Counted from the stretch's first letter, positions 10,180 through 19,558 are shown. The stretch is 64,000 bases of DNA from an uncultured Ruminococcus sp. (GCA_964460165.1 CAYWPS010000001.1:9384-73383), one strand, 5' to 3'. Notes: generated from the letters alone by a model not told the origin. Made by a program: numbers and translations.

Positions 10180-11500
10180 TTTTTTTCTTCTCCGTCCTGC
10201 AAAGAAGCCAAACGCAAGCTATAAGCAGACAAGCCGTGACAGCTCCCGCGAGGAATATCTCGGGAGCGGGAATGTACTCTGTAGTCATAGCGTCAGCGCC
10301 CGCATTCTCAAGAGGAACGTTCATTGCCTTGTTTATACCGTTGCCTATCATAGGACCGACGATCATCGGGATGAGAACGCTGAACACCATTCTCACGCCC
10401 TGCAGCTTACCCGCTGACTCAGGGGGCGTGTTATCTCTTACGATAGCTCCCGTGAGAGCCGACACGAAGATATATCCCGTTATCATAACGAAGCCCGCAA
10501 TGCCAAAGAGAATGAGATCCGCAGCGTGCCCCATGCCCTTCGCGAGATACATGGCAAAGAGTCCCGCAGCCATGACCGAGGATGCGACGTAGAGCAGCCG
10601 CTTCTTATCCGTTCTGTCGGAAAGTCTGCCGAGAAACACGTTTATTACCGCACCTGCGGCGATAGCGACTCCGAAGACCGCGCTGTACTCTATCACGCTG
10701 AAGCCGAGATAGGTCTTCATATAGATTATGAGATAAGGCATGAATATCTGACACGCGATGCCGTAAACGAGAATGATAAGAAAGGCTGCGTAAAGACTCT
10801 TGTTTCTCTTAACCACCGACGGTCTGAAGCCGTAGAATATATCCTTAAGCGTTCCGTTTTTCTCAAGCTCATCGCTGTCCTTTATAATGAACATACCGAC
10901 GATACCGCAGATAGATATCACGACGCCGAGTAGAAGGAACACGGCGGAGTACCCGCCCAGAAGATCTACGAGGATGCCGAAACCGCCCGCGACTATAAGC
11001 ATAGCGATGAGCGGCAGAATAGCGAGCACGCCCTCGACCGTGCCGCGGAATGAAGGCTTCGTGTTATCCGTGACCCAAGCGTTGAAGCACGCGTCGTTTG
11101 CGGTTGAGCCAAAGAGGGTCATAACGCAGTCGCCGACGATAACCGCCGCGAGCGTAACGGACACCGCCCTCTCAAGCTCCAAGCCGAAGATGCTCATGGC
11201 GAGCGCGGGCGAAAGGTAGCCGAAGATCGCCACGGTCACGCCCCAGATGGCGTATCCGACGGAAATAAACTTACGTCTGTTGCCCACTCTGTCCGAGAGC
11301 GCTCCAGCAACGAGAGTTGCAACCGTTGCCATAACGCCGCTGAGCTGAACCATAAGGGTGATAGCGCCGAGATCCGCCGCGACCGTGTCGAATACAAAGA
11401 GGTTGAAGTACATATTCTCAACGCTCCACGCCAGCTGTCCGACAAGTCCGAACAGTATGAGTATCACCCAATTGCTTTTGCCGAAGGTTTTATTATCCAT
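10166..11500 (-). CDS. MFS transporter
   Basis: 444 aa with about 12 hydrophobic segments and an LSDRxGNRRK-type loop. Confidence 0.8.
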   Translation of the reverse strand: MDNKTFGKSNWVILILFGLVGQLAWSVENMYFNLFVFDTVAADLGAITLMVQLSGVMATVATLVAGALSDRVGNRRKFISVGYAIWGVTVAIFGYLSPALAMSIFGLELERAVSVTLAAVIVGDCVMTLFGSTANDACFNAWVTDNTKPSFRGTVEGVLAILPLIAMLIVAGGFGILVDLLGGYSAVFLLLGVVISICGIVGMFIIKDSDELEKNGTLKDIFYGFRPSVVKRNKSLYAAFLIILVYGIACQIFMPYLIIYMKTYLGFSVIEYSAVFGVAIAAGAVINVFLGRLSDRTDKKRLLYVASSVMAAGLFAMYLAKGMGHAADLILFGIAGFVMITGYIFVSALTGAIVRDNTPPESAGKLQGVRMVFSVLIPMIVGPMIGNGINKAMNVPLENAGADAMTTEYIPAPEIFLAGAVTACLLIACVWLLCRTEKKKSENA

Positions 11501-11512
11501 AGTAATCTACCG

Positions 11513-13315
11513 TCAGTTGTTTTTCTCGTAGATCTCGCGGAACTGACGTACGCAGTCGCTGAAATCGTCTATCGCGCTGGTGATGACCTCGGGCTTGGTC
11601 ATATCGATACCGGCTACGAGAAGGCTGTCAAGAGGCGACTTGGAATTACCGCACTTGAGGAAGTCGATGTACTGCGAAACGTAAGACTCGCCCTCGTTCT
11701 CTATTCTCTTTACGATAGCCGAAGCCGCGGAAATACAGGTAGAGTACTTGTAAACGTAGAAGCAGGTGTAGAAGTGAGGTATTCTCATCCACTCGTAAGC
11801 GATCTGCTTATCCACCGCAACATCCTTGCCGAAATATCTCTTGACGAGCTTATAATACTTCTTGTTGATAAGCTCGGCGGTGAGAGGCTCGCCCTTTTCA
11901 ACGAGAGCGTGCATATCTCTCTCAAACTCCGCGAACATAGTCTGACGGTACAGAGTACCCTTATAGGTCTCCATAAGCTCGTTGAGAATGTAGAGCTTCT
12001 CGGTATCACTCTTTGACTCGCGCAGCTTCTTGTGAGCCATAAGGAGCTCGTTGACCGTGGACGCTACCTCAGCAACGAAGATGCGGTAGCTTGAGTTGTG
12101 GGGCTCGTTATACTTTATGGAGAAGTAAGAATGCATTGAGTGACCCGCCTCGTGAGCAAGGGTGGAAACGTTATCGAAGGTACCGTTGAAGTTAAGAAGG
12201 ATATAGGGCTCCGTGCCGGGACAGCCGGAGGAGAACGCGCCGCCTCTCTTGCCCTTGGTAGGATATACGTCTACCCAGCCGCGCTCGGTAAGACCTGCCT
12301 TGAGGGCGTTGTAATACTCATCGCCGAACACCTCGACAGCCGCGAGAGTCTCCTCCACCGCCTCCTCGTAGGTGTACTTCTTGTCAAGCTCGGAGATAAG
12401 CGGAGCGTATACGTCATACATGTGAAGCTTGTCAACTCCGAGAACCCTTCTCTTGAGCTCGTAGTAGTCGTAAAGAGGCTGAAGCCCCTTGTTGACCGCG
12501 GAGATAAGATTGTTATAAATAACCGGAGTTACCTCGTCGGAGAAGGTATAGGACTCTATGGAGCTCTTGAAGTTTCTCGCCTTTGCGAGAGTGGTGCTCT
12601 CCTTGATGTGATTTGAATAAAGAGACGCGAAGGTATTGCCAAACTGCTCGTAGGTCTTATAGAGCGTTCTGAACGCGGACTGGCGCACGCGTCTGTCCCG
12701 GCTCATAAGGAAGGGGACGTAGTTGGTGTCGGTAAGCTCTACCTGCTTGCCATCCTCGTTTCTGATCTTGCCGAACCTGAGGTCCGCGTTTGCGAAAAGG
12801 CTGCGGGTCTGACTGTTTCCGCCGAGGAAGTCCTCCATCTTGGACATGAGCTGCTCACACTCGTCGGAGAGAATGTGTGCCTTATATCTGACGCTGAGCT
12901 CTACGGTACGGCGATAGGTCTCGAGCGCGGGATATTCCTCAAACCACTTGTCGAGAGTTTCCTTTTCGATCCTGAGAAGATAAGGGGATACGAACCAGGA
13001 AGCAGTGCCCGCCATGACAGCAAGATTTCTCACTCTGCCGTCGAGCGCCTGATACGCGTTGTTGGTCGTCTCAACCGAGAAGTTGAGGGACGCGTATTGC
13101 CAGAGCTTTTCGATAACAGCCTCTATGTCAGTCATAGCCTTGAGCGTATTGTAAAGTCCCTCAGCGCCCGAGAGCATCGTCTTCTCGTGTGCCGCGAATG
13201 CTTTAACCATCTTTTCCGCCTTGGCGTAGTCCTCAAAGAACGCAGTCTCATCCTTGTATATTACGGACAAGTCCCATTTGTATTTCTTATCCACGTCTTT
13301 TCTTTCAAGTGTCAT
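11513..13315 (-). CDS. pepF: oligoendopeptidase F (M3B)
   Basis: 600 aa. HEAGH zinc motif. Typical PepF N-terminus (WDLSVIY). Confidence 0.9.
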   Translation of the reverse strand: MTLERKDVDKKYKWDLSVIYKDETAFFEDYAKAEKMVKAFAAHEKTMLSGAEGLYNTLKAMTDIEAVIEKLWQYASLNFSVETTNNAYQALDGRVRNLAVMAGTASWFVSPYLLRIEKETLDKWFEEYPALETYRRTVELSVRYKAHILSDECEQLMSKMEDFLGGNSQTRSLFANADLRFGKIRNEDGKQVELTDTNYVPFLMSRDRRVRQSAFRTLYKTYEQFGNTFASLYSNHIKESTTLAKARNFKSSIESYTFSDEVTPVIYNNLISAVNKGLQPLYDYYELKRRVLGVDKLHMYDVYAPLISELDKKYTYEEAVEETLAAVEVFGDEYYNALKAGLTERGWVDVYPTKGKRGGAFSSGCPGTEPYILLNFNGTFDNVSTLAHEAGHSMHSYFSIKYNEPHNSSYRIFVAEVASTVNELLMAHKKLRESKSDTEKLYILNELMETYKGTLYRQTMFAEFERDMHALVEKGEPLTAELINKKYYKLVKRYFGKDVAVDKQIAYEWMRIPHFYTCFYVYKYSTCISAASAIVKRIENEGESYVSQYIDFLKCGNSKSPLDSLLVAGIDMTKPEVITSAIDDFSDCVRQFREIYEKNN

Positions 13316-13433
13316 AAGTAAAATCTCCTTTTTAAAAAATATTTTTCTTTCATTCTAGCACACTTTCGTATTTTTTACAATAGAATTTTGTTATTTTACG
13401 AATTGTTCGTTTTTTGTCTTTATTTTGGCGCGA

Positions 13434-13460
13434 AAAAACGCTTGATACCAAAGCGTTTTT
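13434..13460. terminator. terminator-like A/T-flanked hairpin in a divergent intergenic region
   Basis: AAAAACGCTT (13434-13443) pairs with AAGCGTTTTT (13451-13460). It lies between the divergent pepF and ABC gene starts, so its role is unclear. Confidence 0.35.
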
Positions 13461-13557
13461 ACCTTACATTTACAAAAATTTATTATAAATATAACATAAA
13501 TGTTCATATTTGTATGATACAATATCGGAGTAAATCACGTAAAGGATCATTTGGATT

Positions 13558-16437
13558 ATGTTAAACTTGAAATCGATTAAAAAGGATTACGTTACCTCAT
13601 CCGAGACGGTGCACGCCTTAAAGGGTGTTTCCATCTCCTTCAGAAAAACTGAGTTCGTGTCAATTCTAGGTCCTTCCGGCTGCGGAAAGACAACCTTGCT
13701 TAACATTATAGGCGGTCTTGACCACTACACAGACGGCGACCTGATGATAGGCAGCCGAAGCACGAAGGAATACGGAGACAGAGACTGGGACGTATACAGA
13801 AACCACAGAGTCGGCTTTATCTTCCAGAGCTACAATCTCATCCCCCATCAGACCGTGCTCGGAAACGTCGAGCTCGCCCTTACCATCGCGGGTATAGAAA
13901 AGGAGGAGCGGATCAGAAGAGCCAAGACGGCGCTTGACAGAGTCGGACTCGCAGGACAGTACTATAAGAAGCCAAATCAGCTCTCGGGAGGTCAGTGCCA
14001 GAGAGTCGCTATCGCAAGAGCGCTCGTAAACGATCCCGAGATACTCCTTGCCGACGAGCCCACCGGCGCACTCGACACCGTCACGTCGGTACAGATAATG
14101 GAGCTTATCAAAGAGATCTCCAAGGAAAGACTCGTCGTTATGGTAACGCATAACCCCGAGCTCGCGGAGCAGTACTCCACGAGGATCGTAAGACTTCTCG
14201 ACGGCGAGGTGGTAGAGGACACCAACCCTATGACCGACGATGAGATCGAGACCGAGATAAGAGCCGAGGAGGCTGAAAGACTCGCCGAGGCGGCGGCAAT
14301 TAACGCTCTGCCCGAGCCCGAGAGAAAAAAGAAGATCAAGCAAAACAAAAAGAAACGTGAGAAGGCAAGGATGTCCTTCTTCACCTCCTTTAAGCTTTCG
14401 GCAAGAAACCTTCTTTCCAAAAAAGGCAGAACGGCTATGGTCGGATTCGCAGGATCTATCGGTATCATCGGTATCGCTATGGTTCTCGCCTTCTCCGCGG
14501 GTATCAAGGGCTACGTCGCATCGATGCAGGACGATATGCTCTCGGGCAACCCGATAACCATATCCGAATCAGCATACGACTTTGATATTATCACCGAGAT
14601 CATGAACGATACTCTGACCGACGAGGATACCAAGGAAAAGCACAAGGTGTATATCGACTCCTTGGTGGAATACATCGCTACGATGAGTAAGTTCTCAAAC
14701 TCGTTCTTTTTCAAAAACGAGCTCACCAAGGATTACATAGACTACGTAAAGGCTATGCCGAGCGAATACTACAACGCCATGACGTTAGGCTACGGCATCG
14801 ACCCCACGTACTCGATCTACACCAATTTCACTCATCTTGATGAAAACGGCAACGAGGTCACCTCCCGCATCTCCGTAGCGGCTCTTACGAGCATCTATAC
14901 CTCGGTGCTCGCGGAAACCGAATACAGCGAATACGCAAGCTATATAACCCAGCTCGCGCCCTCGTTCCAGCAAGCACCCAACAATTCCGATTACATAGCC
15001 CAGCAGTACGACGTTTACGGCGAGATCGCAGACGAGTACGACGAGGTAATGCTCGTGCTCTCAAAGAGTCAGGAGGTATCGGATATCCTCCTCGCAAGAC
15101 TTGGAATTTACACGGAGGCTCAGTTCTACAACCTCATATATAAGGTCGGCAGCCAGTCCTCAAAGAGCGAGGATCAGATGACCGAGGAGGAGAAGAAAAA
15201 TCTCGAGGAAATGAAGGCTCTTTACAACCCCGAGCTTGACGTCGATTATTTCGATTACGACTACCTTCTCTCCGAGGATCTTACGTTTACCTGGTATCCA
15301 AACGACTCTATATACACGGCAAACGCAGGTATAACGCTTCCCGACGGCACGGTCATCAACGCCAGCCCCTTCTCTTACGCTTATGACGCCAAGGATGTAA
15401 GCGGCGGCGGAATAGATCTGCGCATCACGGGTATACTTATCGCCAATGAGAATACCAGCTTCGGCTGTCTTTCCTCGGGTATTTATTACACCGAGGCGTT
15501 GACAGATCTCATTCTTGAAGAAAACATGGACAGCGAGATCGTTAACTACATCAACGAGAACGGACCTATCACCTCGATGAAATACGGCGGCGCGCCCATA
15601 GGTGTGCATTACAGCTACGATTACAGACACATCAAGCCCCTCACGCTGGAGGACGGCAGCACCGAATGGATAGGCAATGACACCGCTTACGTAGGAGAAG
15701 CCATCAACGTAACCGATATGATGAGCTCCGCGGGAGGCTCCGGCGACAGCTCAGAGAGCGGCTCGCAGAGCAGCGGTATGGACACCGCGACGCTCATGCA
15801 GATGAAGACGGTATCGCTGAGAATGCTCGGCGGTAACGACGTAGCGAACACAGTATCCATCTATCCGCTGAGCTTCGACTCCAAGAATCTCGTCACCGAG
15901 TATCTGGATAAGTGGAACGGCGAGGATGCTATAAGCGTCGGAGACAAGACGATCGACGCGCAGACTCGATCAGACGTGAAATACACCGATACCCTCGAGA
16001 TGATAATCAATATGATCAACACCATGATAGACGTTATTTCCTACGCTCTTATCGCGTTTACCTCGATATCTCTCGTTGTATCCACGGTCATGATCGGTAT
16101 TATCACCTACGTATCCGTGGTTGAAAGGATCAAGGAGATCGGCGTTATCCGCTCGCTCGGAGGACGCAAGAAGGACGTAAGCCATCTCTTCAACGCCGAA
16201 ACATTCATTATCGGCTCGCTAGCGGGTCTGTTCGGCGTGGGTGTGACCTACTTCATCTCGTTTATAGTAAACCTGATACTCAAGCCGCTTATCGGTTACT
16301 CGAGCATTGCGGCTTTGCCGATAGGTCAGGCAGTGCTTCTCGTTGCGCTCAGCATCGCCTTGACGCTCATCTCGGGACTTATCCCCGCGTCAAGCGCCGC
16401 AAAGAAGGACCCCGTCGTAGCGCTCAGAACCGAATAA
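13558..16437 (+). CDS. fused ABC transporter ATP-binding protein/permease (MacB/FtsX type) with a large extracytoplasmic domain
   Basis: Walker A GPSGCGKTT, signature LSGGQ, Walker B LLADEPT. One TM segment, a ~500 aa insert, then a C-terminal FtsX-like three-TM block. Confidence 0.85.
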   Translation: MLNLKSIKKDYVTSSETVHALKGVSISFRKTEFVSILGPSGCGKTTLLNIIGGLDHYTDGDLMIGSRSTKEYGDRDWDVYRNHRVGFIFQSYNLIPHQTVLGNVELALTIAGIEKEERIRRAKTALDRVGLAGQYYKKPNQLSGGQCQRVAIARALVNDPEILLADEPTGALDTVTSVQIMELIKEISKERLVVMVTHNPELAEQYSTRIVRLLDGEVVEDTNPMTDDEIETEIRAEEAERLAEAAAINALPEPERKKKIKQNKKKREKARMSFFTSFKLSARNLLSKKGRTAMVGFAGSIGIIGIAMVLAFSAGIKGYVASMQDDMLSGNPITISESAYDFDIITEIMNDTLTDEDTKEKHKVYIDSLVEYIATMSKFSNSFFFKNELTKDYIDYVKAMPSEYYNAMTLGYGIDPTYSIYTNFTHLDENGNEVTSRISVAALTSIYTSVLAETEYSEYASYITQLAPSFQQAPNNSDYIAQQYDVYGEIADEYDEVMLVLSKSQEVSDILLARLGIYTEAQFYNLIYKVGSQSSKSEDQMTEEEKKNLEEMKALYNPELDVDYFDYDYLLSEDLTFTWYPNDSIYTANAGITLPDGTVINASPFSYAYDAKDVSGGGIDLRITGILIANENTSFGCLSSGIYYTEALTDLILEENMDSEIVNYINENGPITSMKYGGAPIGVHYSYDYRHIKPLTLEDGSTEWIGNDTAYVGEAINVTDMMSSAGGSGDSSESGSQSSGMDTATLMQMKTVSLRMLGGNDVANTVSIYPLSFDSKNLVTEYLDKWNGEDAISVGDKTIDAQTRSDVKYTDTLEMIINMINTMIDVISYALIAFTSISLVVSTVMIGIITYVSVVERIKEIGVIRSLGGRKKDVSHLFNAETFIIGSLAGLFGVGVTYFISFIVNLILKPLIGYSSIAALPIGQAVLLVALSIALTLISGLIPASSAAKKDPVVALRTE

Positions 16438-16454
16438 TAAGCATAATAAGCTTT

Positions 16455-16492
16455 CCCCTACCCGCAATTTTCAACACGGGTAGGGGGTTTTA
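16455..16492 (+). terminator. intrinsic terminator after the ABC gene
   Basis: CCCCTACCCG (16455-16464) pairs with CGGGTAGGGG (16477-16486), followed by a T run. Confidence 0.75.
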
Positions 16493-16503
16493 TAATTATA
16501 CGA

Positions 16504-16532
16504 TTGACTTTTTCGCGCTCAGATGATATACT
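16504..16532 (+). promoter_or_regulatory. sigma-A type promoter for the GTPase-NYN gene
   Basis: TTGACT (16504-16509), 17-nt spacer, TGATATACT extended -10 (hexamer at 16527-16532). Confidence 0.6.
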
Positions 16533-16564
16533 GTTCTTAAAGCTTTACGAAAGGAGAAGTGAGT

Positions 16565-19156
16565 ATGAAGAATATCGTAATGGGCATTATCGCTCACGTC
16601 GACGCCGGCAAAACGACGCTTTCAGAGGCACTGCTCTACACGAGCGGCGCGATAAGAGAGCTCGGCAGAGTAGACAGACGCGACGCGCATCTGGACACCT
16701 ATTCGCTCGAAAGAGAGCGCGGCATCACCATATTCTCAAAGCAGACCGTGCTCGACTTCGGTGACACGCACATATCGCTTATCGACACGCCCGGTCACGT
16801 AGACTTCTCCTGCGAAACGGAACGCTCACTGTCGGTACAGGACTACTGTATACTGGTTATAAGCGCAACCGACGGCATTAAGCCGCATACAAGGACTCTC
16901 TGGCAGCTGCTCGCCGCAAGGCGTATTCCCACCTTTATCTTCGTAAATAAAACTGATATCTCGGACAGGACGAGAGACGAGCTCTGCGCCGAGCTTCGCA
17001 CCGTGCTGTCGGATAGGTGCGTAAGCTTTACGCGTCCCGACACATACGAGTTCTACGACGAGGTCGCGAGCAAGGACGAGTCACTCATCGAGGAGTTTCT
17101 GGAGACGGAGACGCTGTCAGACGAAAGCATTGCCTCGGCAATAAGAAAAAGACTCGTATTCCCCTGTTTCTTCGGCTCCGCCTTAAAGCTAAAAGGAGTT
17201 GAGGAGCTTCTCGCGGGAATAGATCGATTTGTGCGTGAAACGCCCTACCCCGTGTCGCTTTTCGGCGCTAAGGCGTACAAGATAATGCGCGATCAGAACG
17301 GCAGGAGAATGACACTGGCGAAAATCACGGGCGGAACTCTCCGTCCCAAGACCATGATAGAATACAGGACCGGAAGCGGCGATACCGCCATCGAGAAGGT
17401 GGAGGAGATAAGGCTTCTTACCCACGATAGATCCAGACCGCTCAAGGAAGCCGAGCGAGGCACTCTGTGCGCCATAATCGGACCCATGGGCACCATGGCA
17501 GGCACGGGCATGGGAATTGAGGCTAATGACACCGCTATGCTGTCACCCGTGTTAGATTACCGAATGATCTTACCAAAGGACGTCAGCCCCTACGACGCGT
17601 ATCTGCGGCTCGCGTCTCTCTCGGAGGAGGACCCCTCGCTGGGTATCAGCTGGGAGACCGGCGCGAAGGAGATCCGCGTCAGCCTTATGGGAGAGATACA
17701 GCTCGAGGTGCTCAAGCGGATGATACTCGAGCGATTCGGCATGGCGATCGAATTTGACGAGGGAAGCATACTCTACCGCGAGACCGTGGAGGATGTGGTG
17801 ATAGGATCGGGACATTTCGAGCCGTTAAGACACTACGCCGAGACGCACGTGAGAATCGAGCCCCTGCCGGAAGGATCGGGTACGGTATCAGCAAGCGACT
17901 GCTCCGCCGACATCCTTTCTTCAAATTGGCAAAGACTCGTGATGACGCACATAGACGAGCGCGTTCACCGCGGAGTTCTCATCGGCGCTCCCCTGACCGA
18001 CGTTAAGATAACGCTTATAGCGGGCAAGGCGCATCTCAAGCACACCGAGGGCGGAGATTTCCGCCAGGCGACCTATCGCGCGATAAGGCAAGGACTTATG
18101 AAGGCGAGATCGGTCATACTCGAGCCCACATTTGACTTCCGCATAGAAGTACCGACCGAATATCTTGGCAGAGTCATGACCGACGTGACCAATATGCACG
18201 GAACGTCAAAGGCGCCGGAGATATACGAGAACGTGTCCGTGCTCGAGGGCAGCTGCCCCGTAGCTACTATGCGCTCCTACGCAAGCGAGCTACGAGCCTT
18301 CACCAGAGGGGATGGCAAGATAACCATGAACGTCGGTGCCTACGTCCCCGCACATAATCAAGACGAGATAATCGCAGGATCGGGATACGATCCCATGCTC
18401 GACGAGAAAAATCCCTCAAGCTCGGTCTTCTGCAAAGCCGGCGCGGGATATGCCGTACCATGGGACGAGGCGGATGCTCTTATGCACGTACGCACCGACG
18501 GCGGAAACGGCGATGCGAGCGAGGGTACGTCGGACGTGCCCGCGAGAGCAAAAGCCGTAAAATACGGAGGCACTGCCGAGGAGGATAAGGAGCTGATGCG
18601 TATCTTTGAGGCGACCTACGGCAAGATCAAGCCGAGAAGGGTAGCCGAGAGAAAGGAAAACAAGGCTCCCGAGGAAGCTCCGCGCAAAAGAGGTAAGGCG
18701 TACAAAAATCTTGAGGAGCACGTCATCCTTGACGGATACAACGTCATCTTCGCTTGGGACGAGCTGAGCAAGACGGCACAGATCGATCTCTCGCTCGCCA
18801 GAGATATTCTGACGAGAATAATGTGCAGCTACACCGCCTTCCGAAAATGCGAAGCAACCATCGTATTTGATGCATACAAACGACACGGCGGTGAAGGAAG
18901 TGAGGAAAAGTGCGGTAACGTGACCGTGGTGTACACCAAGGAGGCAGAGACCGCCGATGCGTATATCGAGAGGGTAAGCAAGGCTCTCGTCAGCGACTAT
19001 ACCGTCAGAGTCGTAACCTCCGACCTCGAGCAGCAATACGTCGTGCTTGGAAACGGGGCGCTCCGAGTCAGCGCCAAGGAATTCCGCCGTGAGATCGAAA
19101 ATACGACGAGCGAAATAAATGAAGCTGTCGATAAAATGAAATATAAGTCAAAATAA
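16565..19156 (+). CDS. TetM/EF-G-like translational GTPase fused to a C-terminal YacP/Rae1-like NYN ribonuclease domain
   Basis: G1 AHVDAGKTT, G3 DTPGH, G4 NKTD. The C-terminal ~146 aa read LDGYN / VFDAY / ETADAYIE / VTSDLEQ / GALRVSAKEF. The ATG at 16565 lies 7 nt after GGAGA; a GTG at 16559 is an alternative start. Confidence 0.85.
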   Translation: MKNIVMGIIAHVDAGKTTLSEALLYTSGAIRELGRVDRRDAHLDTYSLERERGITIFSKQTVLDFGDTHISLIDTPGHVDFSCETERSLSVQDYCILVISATDGIKPHTRTLWQLLAARRIPTFIFVNKTDISDRTRDELCAELRTVLSDRCVSFTRPDTYEFYDEVASKDESLIEEFLETETLSDESIASAIRKRLVFPCFFGSALKLKGVEELLAGIDRFVRETPYPVSLFGAKAYKIMRDQNGRRMTLAKITGGTLRPKTMIEYRTGSGDTAIEKVEEIRLLTHDRSRPLKEAERGTLCAIIGPMGTMAGTGMGIEANDTAMLSPVLDYRMILPKDVSPYDAYLRLASLSEEDPSLGISWETGAKEIRVSLMGEIQLEVLKRMILERFGMAIEFDEGSILYRETVEDVVIGSGHFEPLRHYAETHVRIEPLPEGSGTVSASDCSADILSSNWQRLVMTHIDERVHRGVLIGAPLTDVKITLIAGKAHLKHTEGGDFRQATYRAIRQGLMKARSVILEPTFDFRIEVPTEYLGRVMTDVTNMHGTSKAPEIYENVSVLEGSCPVATMRSYASELRAFTRGDGKITMNVGAYVPAHNQDEIIAGSGYDPMLDEKNPSSSVFCKAGAGYAVPWDEADALMHVRTDGGNGDASEGTSDVPARAKAVKYGGTAEEDKELMRIFEATYGKIKPRRVAERKENKAPEEAPRKRGKAYKNLEEHVILDGYNVIFAWDELSKTAQIDLSLARDILTRIMCSYTAFRKCEATIVFDAYKRHGGEGSEEKCGNVTVVYTKEAETADAYIERVSKALVSDYTVRVVTSDLEQQYVVLGNGALRVSAKEFRREIENTTSEINEAVDKMKYKSK

Positions 19157-19171
19157 AAAACAGAGCAAGAA

Positions 19172-19362
19172 TAGCGTGATACTCTTAACGGAGCATTCAC
19201 GCTAAACGATGTTTGCCCTTGCGGGCAAGTGATGTTCACTTCGTGAATGATGTTGTGCCTTCGGCACAGTGCGCAAACATCACATCACTGCGAGCATTTG
19301 CGAGCAACATCATTATGCGTAGCATAACATCACTTTTGCGTCAGCAAAAACATCACTAACAG
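19172..19362. repeat. foldback array: GTGATGTT motifs (x3-4), then AACATCAC motifs (x4), separated by short unrelated hairpins
   Basis: GATGTT at 19208, 19231 and 19249. AACATC at 19276, 19306, 19326 and 19349. Hairpins at 19172-19204, 19214-19227, 19237-19245, 19255-19267, 19314-19326 and 19334-19349. Confidence 0.6.
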
Positions 19363-19418
19363 AAAAAAGAGCAAACATTCAAGATTTTTCGTCTTGCGTG
19401 TTTTGCTCTTTCTGTTTG
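19362..19418. terminator. bidirectional terminator between convergent genes
   Basis: AGAGCAAACA (19368-19377) pairs with TGTTTTGCTCT (19399-19409), with an inner CAAGA/TCTTG helix. A6 lies upstream and a T-rich tract downstream. Confidence 0.65.
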
Positions 19419-19558
19419 TAATAGGGGTTTGGGCTTAGCCCATACTTGCATTTGACCGGTCAAATGCGATGCTTGCACTTTTGGTAAATTGTGAATTCTC
19501 CGCTAAGGATATCACCCTATAGAATGAATCTCCTTTTTACTCTTACTCTTTTTGTGTT

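Noticed and set aside
16565-19156. Calling the GTPase a tetracycline-resistance ribosomal protection protein, e.g. tet(M)/tet(W)
   Set aside because: Only the generic translational GTPase motifs can be verified by eye. The protein has an extra ~220-aa linker plus NYN domain, and no mobile-element context. A resistance call would need alignment to reference Tet proteins.
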